Part shown: in pieces, positions 24,448-32,483 of the stretch
Layout of the letters: the number at the start of each line of letters is the position of its first letter
Position numbering within the stretch: the first letter of the stretch is position 1
Source of the DNA: a virus
Lineage: Duplodnaviria > Caudoviricetes
DNA: 38,683 nt
Virus record (IMG/VR): IMGVR_UViG_3300016263_000771
Coordinates: 1 to 38,683 of that record
Reading direction: 5' to 3' (one strand)
Notes under the pieces: model-generated
Databases searched by the model: none
What the model saw: only the letters and a program-made list of their open reading frames with translations
What the model was told of the DNA's origin: nothing
Made by a program: the position numbers and the translations under genes

Positions 24448-24996
24448 ATGGCAAAGCTATACTATTACTACTCGGCTATGAACGCCGGTAAATCTACAAG
24501 TCTAATACAGTCGGCTCACAACTACGAAGAGCGCGGTATGCGTGTATTGACGCTAATACCAAGCGTTGTCGGTAAAGACCATCTTGAGTCTAGGATTGGA
24601 CTAAAGCGTGATGCCATAGTGTTTGATAGCGACACACTGGACGCTAAACTATTTGAAGGTATGTCAGCCGTGTTTGTAGATGAGTCACAGTTCCTGACCA
24701 AAAATCAGGTAATATTCCTAGCAGGTGTAGTAGATACTATGGACATACCAGTGCTTTGTTATGGTTTGCGGACTGATTTCAAAGGTGAGCCATTTGAAGG
24801 TAGCAAGTATCTACTTAGCTGGGCTGATGAAATTATTGAGATTAAGACAATATGTGAGTGCAGCAAAAAAGCCACGATGAACATTAGGATTGACGAACAT
24901 CTACTCCCGATGAAACACGGTGACCAAGTACAGATTGGCGGCAATGAGTCTTATGTAAGTGTATGCCGCGCTGATTGGTTCAGGTTGACACGTTAG
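24448..24996 (+). CDS. tdk: Thymidine kinase (TK1/bacterial type)
   Basis: SAMNAGKST, VDESQF, YGLRTDF.GEPFEGS, KTICEC, IGGNESY.SVCR. Confidence 0.95.
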   Translation: MAKLYYYYSAMNAGKSTSLIQSAHNYEERGMRVLTLIPSVVGKDHLESRIGLKRDAIVFDSDTLDAKLFEGMSAVFVDESQFLTKNQVIFLAGVVDTMDIPVLCYGLRTDFKGEPFEGSKYLLSWADEIIEIKTICECSKKATMNIRIDEHLLPMKHGDQVQIGGNESYVSVCRADWFRLTR

Positions 24997-25004
24997 TGGC
25001 TAGT

Positions 25005-25235
25005 TTAGTCATTTTTAACCACACTCAAATGCGGTGTTTTAGTATTTTTAATTACTAAACGGTTAACAACAGCCAAATCCTGCAAATCTTTTTCTATTAA
25101 ATCAAGATGCGTCTTTATTCGGTGATACTTTTGCCATAATACGTATTGCCTAAGGTATAAGGCTAATATACACCCGATAAACACAGGCGCTAAACATGTC
25201 AATGTAAGCAGTATATGATATTCTAGCTCTGTCAT
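25005..25235 (-). CDS. Small membrane protein
   Basis: One TM segment (ILLTLTCLAPVFIGCILALYL) plus amphipathic helix. Confidence 0.65.
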   Translation of the reverse strand: MTELEYHILLTLTCLAPVFIGCILALYLRQYVLWQKYHRIKTHLDLIEKDLQDLAVVNRLVIKNTKTPHLSVVKND

Positions 25236-25420
25236 TATCTACAATCCGAAAAATCTTCTATAATCCATTCGCCAGATAAAACGCCATACTTTATTTGTAA
25301 TTTTTTTCTTACTTCTTCTTCGCTAATATCTTCGTGGAATGTGGTTTTTAAAGATTTTCCATTTTTATCATAGTACTGAATTGCAAAAAGTTTTTGTATT
25401 GGCTTAATATTTTCTGTCAT
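25235..25420 (-). CDS. Hypothetical protein
   Basis: 61 aa, stop/start overlaps on both sides. Confidence 0.65.
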   Translation of the reverse strand: MTENIKPIQKLFAIQYYDKNGKSLKTTFHEDISEEEVRKKLQIKYGVLSGEWIIEDFSDCR

Positions 25421-25662
25421 TATCTATAATCCACGTCAGGGTAAAAACTTGCCATGCGAGACTCTAGTGCATAAAGGGCGCAAATATCTGTCAAGTCGTC
25501 AGGCGACCTGTCAAGCGAAAACATCTTGTCATAAAAATGTTTTTTTAAGGCATTTATTCTGGCAAACACATTTATGAAAAGCGTATAACTAAACTCAGGA
25601 ACGCCATAGTAGTCAGCAAGAAACTGTTTGTCCGCATCGGATATGTGTTCAATTAGTTTCAT
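25420..25662 (-). CDS. Hypothetical protein
   Basis: 80 aa, GAGGA RBS. Confidence 0.65.
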   Translation of the reverse strand: MKLIEHISDADKQFLADYYGVPEFSYTLFINVFARINALKKHFYDKMFSLDRSPDDLTDICALYALESRMASFYPDVDYR

Positions 25663-25758
25663 TTAACATTTCCTCATGAGCTTATTTAACATCTTATTGC
25701 GCACAACCCAGCTACACACTGGGCTTCTCATGTGATTCAATTTAGGAACATTTAACAT
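25663..25758 (-). CDS. 31-aa basic peptide (not in ORF track)
   Basis: MLNVPKLNHMRSPVCSWVVRNKMLNKLMRKC; TAATG overlap upstream, abuts the next ATG. Confidence 0.5.
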   Translation of the reverse strand: MLNVPKLNHMRSPVCSWVVRNKMLNKLMRKC

Positions 25759-26114
25759 TATGAGTTTATATGTTTTGTAAGCACATCACCCCAGTACTTT
25801 ATTTGTTGTCTTGCCAAGTCCTGTGTTGTATCAAACAACTCATACTCATAAAAACTACCAAACACATTAACCACGTAAACGTATTTAAAGCCTTTTAGCG
25901 TGTTATAGGTAGAAACTTCTTCTATATGGCCATACCTCAAATAACCCCTGACAGAAAAATACACCAAATCCCCTACGCTGTATTTGGGTGAATCAGAGAT
26001 TACTTCCTTGCTTAACTCATCAAGTATGTTTTTTTTTAAATCGGCCATATTTTGCCTAACAATTCCAACCATGTCCGCCATAAGTTTTATATATTCATTG
26101 CTATCCATTTTCAT
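25758..26114 (-). CDS. Hypothetical protein with SH3-like motif
   Basis: PKYSVGDLVYF...G.I..V; AAAAACAAGGA leader (start may be 26108). Confidence 0.65.
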   Translation of the reverse strand: MKMDSNEYIKLMADMVGIVRQNMADLKKNILDELSKEVISDSPKYSVGDLVYFSVRGYLRYGHIEEVSTYNTLKGFKYVYVVNVFGSFYEYELFDTTQDLARQQIKYWGDVLTKHINS

Positions 26115-26295
26115 TCCTTGTTTTTGATTCTAACCAGTCCATAATATCCTTGCGTAAAAACCGTACCGTTTGGGGGGTAAGGCGTATAGGCTTGGGAAAC
26201 AAACCTTTTTCCATGTTTAAATATATAGTTGAGCGGCCAATCCTAAGTAGTTCAGCCACCTCATTAACTGTCATTAAGTCACTTGCTTCCAACAT
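26101..26295 (-). CDS. AlpA/excisionase-like HTH protein
   Basis: LMTVNEVAELL.IGRSTIY....G.FPKPI.L....RF...DI.DWL; ATG 26295 follows GAGGA. Confidence 0.85.
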   Translation of the reverse strand: MLEASDLMTVNEVAELLRIGRSTIYLNMEKGLFPKPIRLTPQTVRFLRKDIMDWLESKTRNENG

Positions 26296-26566
26296 TGTCT
26301 TCCTCGTTATTTTTATGTCTACAAAACTGCATAACACTAGATTTAATTGTGTCACAAAATCTATGGATGTAATCCTTTTGGCTTTCTACAGCAATATGTC
26401 GCTCAGTAGCTTCCATAAGCAATGACGAGGACAACAGTTCTTTTAATCGCAATGCCAAATTAAAAGCTTCATCGGTTTTGCCGTGTGTTTCTACACTATA
26501 ATCTTCAATTTGCTGTAAAACTGTAGCCAACATATCAATTCCAAATTCTCTTGTTTTTGTATCCAT
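26279..26566 (-). CDS. Hypothetical protein
   Basis: 95 aa helical; first gene of a leftward operon. Confidence 0.6.
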   Translation of the reverse strand: MDTKTREFGIDMLATVLQQIEDYSVETHGKTDEAFNLALRLKELLSSSLLMEATERHIAVESQKDYIHRFCDTIKSSVMQFCRHKNNEEDNVGSK

Positions 26567-26585
26567 TAAGTTATCCTAGTATGAT
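26557..26585 (+). promoter_or_regulatory. Possible promoter of the terL/virion operon
   Basis: TTGTAT-17-TATGAT. Confidence 0.45.
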
Positions 26586-26626
26586 AAAGTACAGCACATA
26601 CAATAACACAAATTTAAGAGACTGTC

Positions 26627-28195
26627 ATGGACGAAAGAGAACGTAAAATACGCCAAAAACTCAAAGATGACTTTGTGCATTTTGCCAATAAATGTTTAAA
26701 GATACGCAGCAAAGAAGGACAAATACACCCATTTACCCTTAATAGGGCGCAATTATACATACACGCCAAACTCGAAGAACAAAAGCGCAGCGCAGGCAAA
26801 GTGCGTGCCGTAATCCTAAAAGGCCGGCAACAAGGCTGCTCAACTCTAGTTGGGGGAAGGTTTTATCATCAGGTTATACATCGTTATGGCGCACAGGCGT
26901 TTATCTTAACTCATGCCATGGATGCAACCCAGAACTTGTATAAGATGGCGCAGCGCTACTACGAAAACACACCGGCCCTGATTAAACCAGAAGTTACCAC
27001 ATCTAACGCCAAAGAATTAATATTTGGTAAGTTAGACAGCGGTTATAAGCTAGGAACCGCGGAAAACCAAGCAACAGGACGCTCATCGACCATTCAGTTA
27101 TTGCATGGCTCTGAGGTAGCATTCTGGGCGCACGCCAGTGAACACGCAAAAGGAATTTTTCAGGCCGTACCCAATGCCGCAAACACTGAAATTATATTAG
27201 AATCTACAGCTAATGGAGTAGGAAATTTTTTCCATCAGATGTGGCAAAAAGCTGAAGCAGGGGAATCTGAATTTATAGCCATATTTGTTCCGTGGTACTG
27301 GCAAGATGAGTATGTACTAACACCCAAAGAAGACTTTATACCAACGCCTGAAGAAGAAGACTTAGTCCAGCAATACGGCTTAACGCTTGAACAATTAGCG
27401 TGGAGACGAAATAAAATAACCGAATTTAGTGTTAATGGAGTCGATGGTGAGCGTTCCTTTATGCAAGAATACCCCTGCAATAGTGCTGAAGCATTTCAGT
27501 TGTCTGGTGAAGATACGTTTATTGATACAGAGCTGGTCATGCGCGCACGCAAATCTACTTACGATGATATGGTTGGCCCTTTACTCATCGGGGTTGACCC
27601 AGCTCGCTTTGGTTCTGACCGCACGGCTATTATCAGAAGGCGTGGACGCGTTGCTTATAACCTACAAACTTATATTAAAAAAGACACCATGGAAATCACC
27701 GGCTTGGTCAACAAAATAATCCAAGAGGAAAAGCCCGCTAGAGTGTTTGTAGACGTTGGTGGCCTAGGAGCAGGTATTGTTGACCGGTTAAAAGAATTAG
27801 GTCATGATGAAATTGTCGTGGCCGTTAATGCCGGTAGTACACCACTAGACCAGTACAAATACAATAATAAGCGAGCTGAAATGTGGGCTGAACTCAAAGC
27901 ATGGTTAAGCGACGAACCAGTTAAGGTACCAGATAACGATGAACTTCACAGTGATTTGTGCGGAACAAGATATCGCATTGACAGTAACTCCCGCCTTGTT
28001 ATGGAAAAAAAAGAAGACATGAAAAAACGTGGTGTGCGTTCTAGCGACTGCGCAGACTCTTTATGCTTGACATTTGCACAACCTGTTAGTGCAATTATAA
28101 ATCATTCACAAAGTAAACAAATTGCTGGTACAATCCTAAGAACACAAATGGCACAAATCGAAGCACGAGGGATAATCTATGGCTCAAGTGAATAA
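26627..28195 (+). CDS. terL: Terminase large subunit
   Basis: LKGRQQGCST, LLHGSEVAFW, ILESTANG, nuclease IGVDPA...DCADSL. Confidence 0.93.
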   Translation: MDERERKIRQKLKDDFVHFANKCLKIRSKEGQIHPFTLNRAQLYIHAKLEEQKRSAGKVRAVILKGRQQGCSTLVGGRFYHQVIHRYGAQAFILTHAMDATQNLYKMAQRYYENTPALIKPEVTTSNAKELIFGKLDSGYKLGTAENQATGRSSTIQLLHGSEVAFWAHASEHAKGIFQAVPNAANTEIILESTANGVGNFFHQMWQKAEAGESEFIAIFVPWYWQDEYVLTPKEDFIPTPEEEDLVQQYGLTLEQLAWRRNKITEFSVNGVDGERSFMQEYPCNSAEAFQLSGEDTFIDTELVMRARKSTYDDMVGPLLIGVDPARFGSDRTAIIRRRGRVAYNLQTYIKKDTMEITGLVNKIIQEEKPARVFVDVGGLGAGIVDRLKELGHDEIVVAVNAGSTPLDQYKYNNKRAEMWAELKAWLSDEPVKVPDNDELHSDLCGTRYRIDSNSRLVMEKKEDMKKRGVRSSDCADSLCLTFAQPVSAIINHSQSKQIAGTILRTQMAQIEARGIIYGSSE

Positions 28196-30317
28196 GGCGG
28201 CTAGTGATAGTCTAGCTCGTATCAAGGACGATATTAGTGACGCTTACAAGTACTTTGAAAAGAACTACAAGCGCTACCATGAGTTCCGTAAGTATATATT
28301 TAAAGAATCTATCAACGAACAAAAGCGTTCGGCTATGATACAGCTACAGCGCCCGGTGCTTGAATTTAACATACTTGAGGCATACATTTCGCGACTACTA
28401 GGTGAGTTTTCGCAACAAGAACCAAGCATCATAGTGTCGCCCGCTGAAGGTGTGCCTGTTAATCCAGATGTGCTACAGATTGTAGAAGACCATATTAGAC
28501 ACGTATTGACCACGGCAAACAAAGATAGCTTTAGTTATAACATCTACAAAGACTGTTTAGCTGGTGGTTACAGTGTTGCTAAGGTATGGACTGATTACTC
28601 TAGCCCAATGAGCTTTCACCAACAGATTTATTTATCACGTGTATTTGACCCAACGCTATGCGGCTTTGACCCGGCAGCACGTGCGCCACACAAAGGCGAT
28701 GGTCATTACTGTTTTGAATTATTCCCGATGACCAAAAAAGATTTCGAACGCGATTATCCAGAAGTTGATATTAGCGGGCTAAACTTTATACGAGACATGG
28801 AAGGGTTTAATTGGTCATATGCAAACGTTGATGACTCTAAGGTAGTGCTTGTGTGCGATTACTTTGAAAAGAAAAAGTTTCGTAAGCGCATAGTGCAATT
28901 AGCTGATGGCCGAGTCATGACAGTTAAAGACTACGAAAACATGGCGGCACATTGGCAAGAGATGGGGTATATAGAACAATTGCCAGTGATTATTGGCAAG
29001 CCTCGATATACGATGTTAGAAAAGATTTGTCGTTACAGGTTAATTGAGAACCAAGTACTAGAGTACGAGGAAACCGATTATACCTATCTGCCATACATAT
29101 TCTTTGACGGCAACTCAATTATTTTAACCGAAGGCACATCTAATAATACATTCCAGATGACAAGGCCGTATGTTTATCATGCAAAAGGCATTCAGGACTT
29201 AAAAAACTTTGCTGGTATTAGTTTGGCTAACTTCTTGGAAAACCAGATACAGCACAAGTTTATTGTTAAACGTGAAGCTATTCCTAAAGAAAAAGATTAT
29301 GTAGAGGCGTTAAACAACATACAACGAGCAAATACAGTTGTTGTTAACGCATACGCTGAGAATGACCCCAATAAACAGATACCTGACCCAATTAGAGAAG
29401 TGGTAAACGTAGGTGCGCCCCCTGAAATCATGGGTGCATTTCAAGTAACAGACCCGACTACCCAAACTATCTTGGGTTCATATGCGTCAAATGTTGGTAA
29501 AGATGAGACTAGAATATCAGGTAAAGCGGTCATAGAATCAGCTACACAGGGCAATGCGGCAGCTATGCCGTACATTGTAGGATTCCTACAAGGATTAACC
29601 CAAGTTGCAAACGTGATTGTAGATTTAATACCTAAGTATTTGATTGGTAAACGCACTATACCGCTTGTAGATAGCGCTGGCGAACAATACTATCAAGATG
29701 TTAACGCAGAAGGCCGCCCAGTATTAAATTACGGCGACAGGGCCTTAAAGGTAAACGTAGAGGCAGGCGTGTCCTTCCAAGTACAGAAAAACCGCGCATT
29801 AGAGCAGATTATTGCCTTGATGAACGCGTCACCACAATTCGGTCAGTTTATGAATAGCCCACAAGGACTCAAGATTTTAGTAGGAAACTTAACTATTTAT
29901 GGCGCTGACCGATTACAACAAGCCATTGAACCTTATTTACAAGAGCAAGCACAGCAACAACAACAGATGATGCAAATGCAGCAAGAAGCGGCTCAAAACA
30001 ATCCACAAATGATTAGGGCGCAAGCAGAACTAATGAAAGTGCAAACACAGGCACAACAGCACCAAATCGAAAACCAATTTGAAATTGCACGCTTAAGTAC
30101 TGAAAAAGAACTTGCTGACGCCAAGATATTAGAAGCGGAAGCCAAAGTATCACAAGCTCAAATAGATAGCGCTGTACGTCTTGAAGAAGCGCAGACCAGT
30201 TTAGAGGTACATGCCCTTGAGAGTGCGGCTAAAATGGCTGAAGTAAGACAGCGTGAGCAAGCTCATGGCATGAAAATGCAGCAGGGCCTAAAAGATTTAA
30301 GTACGACTGGAGAATAG
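28179..30317 (+). CDS. Portal protein, P22 gp1-like
   Basis: 712 aa after terL; RPVLEFN, DP.A...DG.YCF, SGKAV, long Gln-rich C-terminal coiled coil (barrel). Confidence 0.88.
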   Translation: MAQVNKAASDSLARIKDDISDAYKYFEKNYKRYHEFRKYIFKESINEQKRSAMIQLQRPVLEFNILEAYISRLLGEFSQQEPSIIVSPAEGVPVNPDVLQIVEDHIRHVLTTANKDSFSYNIYKDCLAGGYSVAKVWTDYSSPMSFHQQIYLSRVFDPTLCGFDPAARAPHKGDGHYCFELFPMTKKDFERDYPEVDISGLNFIRDMEGFNWSYANVDDSKVVLVCDYFEKKKFRKRIVQLADGRVMTVKDYENMAAHWQEMGYIEQLPVIIGKPRYTMLEKICRYRLIENQVLEYEETDYTYLPYIFFDGNSIILTEGTSNNTFQMTRPYVYHAKGIQDLKNFAGISLANFLENQIQHKFIVKREAIPKEKDYVEALNNIQRANTVVVNAYAENDPNKQIPDPIREVVNVGAPPEIMGAFQVTDPTTQTILGSYASNVGKDETRISGKAVIESATQGNAAAMPYIVGFLQGLTQVANVIVDLIPKYLIGKRTIPLVDSAGEQYYQDVNAEGRPVLNYGDRALKVNVEAGVSFQVQKNRALEQIIALMNASPQFGQFMNSPQGLKILVGNLTIYGADRLQQAIEPYLQEQAQQQQQMMQMQQEAAQNNPQMIRAQAELMKVQTQAQQHQIENQFEIARLSTEKELADAKILEAEAKVSQAQIDSAVRLEEAQTSLEVHALESAAKMAEVRQREQAHGMKMQQGLKDLSTTGE

Positions 30318-30318
30318 C

Positions 30319-30678
30319 ATGCAGGCGTTATTAAATAAAATACTTCAAGGCATGTACGGATATGGCGCAAACCCCACTGCGCCAGAAAGAGGTTTTCCCG
30401 GCATGATAAAACCCGGCAACATTGATATTTACAATCGACCTTTGGTTAAAAATCCCAAAGGCGGCATTAGTACTGTTTATTCTATGGGCGTTAACTTGGA
30501 TGGCAATGAATATTTAATACCACGGATAACCGATGACGGTAAAATATTGTCTGAAAAAGAAGCTGTAGAGCATTTTAAAAGAACCGGAAAACATTTTGGC
30601 ATATTTGAAAGCCCCGAAGCATCTACAGCGCACGCTAAGTACCTCCACAATCAACAAAAGTCTTTTTATAATTTATAA
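30319..30678 (+). CDS. Hypothetical protein (GNID..NRP.VKN domain)
   Basis: 119 aa, GGAG RBS, directly after the portal. Confidence 0.7.
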   Translation: MQALLNKILQGMYGYGANPTAPERGFPGMIKPGNIDIYNRPLVKNPKGGISTVYSMGVNLDGNEYLIPRITDDGKILSEKEAVEHFKRTGKHFGIFESPEASTAHAKYLHNQQKSFYNL

Positions 30679-30687
30679 GGATATAAA

Positions 30688-30861
30688 ATGAGTAAATATA
30701 AAATTACAGAGCATCATATTACCCAACAAGGTGGTATTGAGAAATTAAAGCGTGATGGTTATAGTAGAAGTGAAATTATGCAGAAAATGTATAAAGTCAC
30801 CGAAGGTGCTAGCAAAGATGAGCGCACTAAAATTGTATCTGAACTATTCAATAAGGGTTAA
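30688..30861 (+). CDS. 57-aa hypothetical protein (not in ORF track)
   Basis: MSKYKITEHHITQQGGIEKLKRDGYSRSEIMQ...; AAGGA RBS. Confidence 0.65.
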   Translation: MSKYKITEHHITQQGGIEKLKRDGYSRSEIMQKMYKVTEGASKDERTKIVSELFNKG

Positions 30862-30863
30862 TC

Positions 30864-31010
30864 ATGAAATCAAAAAACAGCAAACATATGGACGTAGCAC
30901 AAGACAAGAAACTTATTTCTAAAATGATTAAAAAATCTGAAAAGAAAGACGTTAAAGAGGACAAGTCTATGATGAAAAAAATGATGAAAGGAAAAAAATC
31001 ATGCCGCTAA
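30864..31010 (+). CDS. 48-aa Lys/Met-rich protein (not in ORF track)
   Basis: [29 protein letters not shown]... Confidence 0.65.
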   Translation: MKSKNSKHMDVAQDKKLISKMIKKSEKKDVKEDKSMMKKMMKGKKSCR

Positions 31011-31135
31011 AACCCGGTAAAAGCCAAAAAACCATTTCATCTAATATTAAAACTGAAATTGCGGCCGGCAAACCAAAAAATCAGGCAATTGCAATTGCTT
31101 TGTCGAAAGCGGGTAAATCTAAGAAGAAAAAATAA
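31001..31135 (+). CDS. 44-aa basic protein (not in ORF track)
   Basis: [44 protein letters not shown]; AAGGA RBS. Confidence 0.75.
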   Translation: MPLKPGKSQKTISSNIKTEIAAGKPKNQAIAIALSKAGKSKKKK

Positions 31136-31145
31136 TTAAAAAGGA

Positions 31146-31559
31146 GTGAGTGTGTATTTTTATAATATTTGTATTTCCGATTGCTTTGATGCAATGATGC
31201 CAGTTTCACAATTTTTGTATGAATTTGGTTATTGTGAAAATTATGTAAATTTTTTTGCTAAGTGTTTAGCAATATTTGCCGAAAACGGTTGGGAACAAAA
31301 TGATATCAGAGTATTCAAAGTCATTGGGTTTCCAATAAGCGTGCATGACGATGGAAGCTCCGTAACAGAATTAGCAGTAGTTTTAAAACAGAACAACAAT
31401 GGAGAAACTTGGATTTTAAGCCAAATGAGAATGCCAGAATATTATGATAAATATGAAATCAAGGATTTTAAAAAAGAAGCAAATTATCATAAATGGCGAA
31501 GTATTTTGCATGCGCTTTTACCAGTAAAAAAAGAAAACTGGGAACGTAACTACGCATAA
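31146..31559 (+). CDS. Hypothetical protein (moron-like, AT-rich)
   Basis: 137 aa, GWE...KQNNNGETWILS; start codon uncertain. Confidence 0.6.
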   Translation: MSVYFYNICISDCFDAMMPVSQFLYEFGYCENYVNFFAKCLAIFAENGWEQNDIRVFKVIGFPISVHDDGSSVTELAVVLKQNNNGETWILSQMRMPEYYDKYEIKDFKKEANYHKWRSILHALLPVKKENWERNYA

Positions 31560-31698
31560 GAATTTATGAGTGCTTGACAAAAATTGCACTTATAGCAAAT
31601 AATTAGGGTATTACGTCCCCAATAACGAAAAATTGGGCGAGCGATACAGCGTTAAGTATTGAGTCACGGTGACACCGAACATAGTCAAAGAGGGTTTT

Positions 31699-32430
31699 AT
31701 GGAAGAAGTAGAAAATATTGTTGAACAAACCAATCCTGAAATTCAAAAGGAAGATGTCGCGCCTGATGATGAGATGCAAAGACCAATGTATAACAAAATA
31801 CAATTGTCTGATGTCGTCAAAAGAGAAAGACAAAAGGCTTTTGAAAAAGGGAGACAGGAAGCCATGCAAGAATACATGCAGCAACAGCAGCAACAGCAGC
31901 AGGAACCACAACAGGCCTCAAGCCTAGGGGGAATGCAGCAGTTTTCACAAGCGGATATCGAGCGCATGATACAGGAGCAGGCTACACGAGCAACTCAAGA
32001 GCATATACAGCAACAATTAGCTGAAATGAAACAACAGCAAATGGTTAATAGTTTTGTTCAAAAGATGCAAGTGGCTGAACAACAATATCCGGGGTTGGAA
32101 GAAGAGCTAAACCAATTAAATTATAATGACCCACGTATTCATGCGTTTATTGGAATGGTAAATGATTTAGAGAATACCGGCGAAATAATGAAAGAGGTTT
32201 TGGATAATCCGTACAAATTGTCACAGATTTTATCGGACATCCAAGAGCAGCCATATTTAGCGCAAAAGAACTTGATGAAACTTTCAGCAAGTATCAAGCA
32301 AAATATGTCAGCTAAACAAGAAGAAGCTCAAGCTAAAGACCCATACTCACAATTAAAGCCCTCGACAAGTGCCGGAATGGATAACGGTAATATGTCGGTT
32401 GCTGATTTCAAAAAGATATTTAGGGGCTAA
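31699..32430 (+). CDS. Capsid scaffolding protein
   Basis: Acidic/Gln-rich helical protein directly before the coat gene; ATG 31699 follows AGAGGG. Confidence 0.75.
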   Translation: MEEVENIVEQTNPEIQKEDVAPDDEMQRPMYNKIQLSDVVKRERQKAFEKGRQEAMQEYMQQQQQQQQEPQQASSLGGMQQFSQADIERMIQEQATRATQEHIQQQLAEMKQQQMVNSFVQKMQVAEQQYPGLEEELNQLNYNDPRIHAFIGMVNDLENTGEIMKEVLDNPYKLSQILSDIQEQPYLAQKNLMKLSASIKQNMSAKQEEAQAKDPYSQLKPSTSAGMDNGNMSVADFKKIFRG

Positions 32431-32442
32431 CCGTCCGTTGTC

Positions 32443-32476
32443 CTTTCCGGTTGAAAGAGTTTTTTTAACCGGAGAG
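32443..32476 (+). promoter_or_regulatory. Hairpin sequestering the coat-gene SD
   Basis: ~15-bp stem CUUUCCGGUUGAAAG/UUUUUAACCGGAGAG containing GGAGAG. Confidence 0.6.
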
Positions 32477-32483
32477 TGCAATT

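Noticed and set aside
31743-31967. Poly-Cys ORF on the minus strand
   Set aside because: Shadow of the CAG/CAA poly-Gln tract in the scaffold gene
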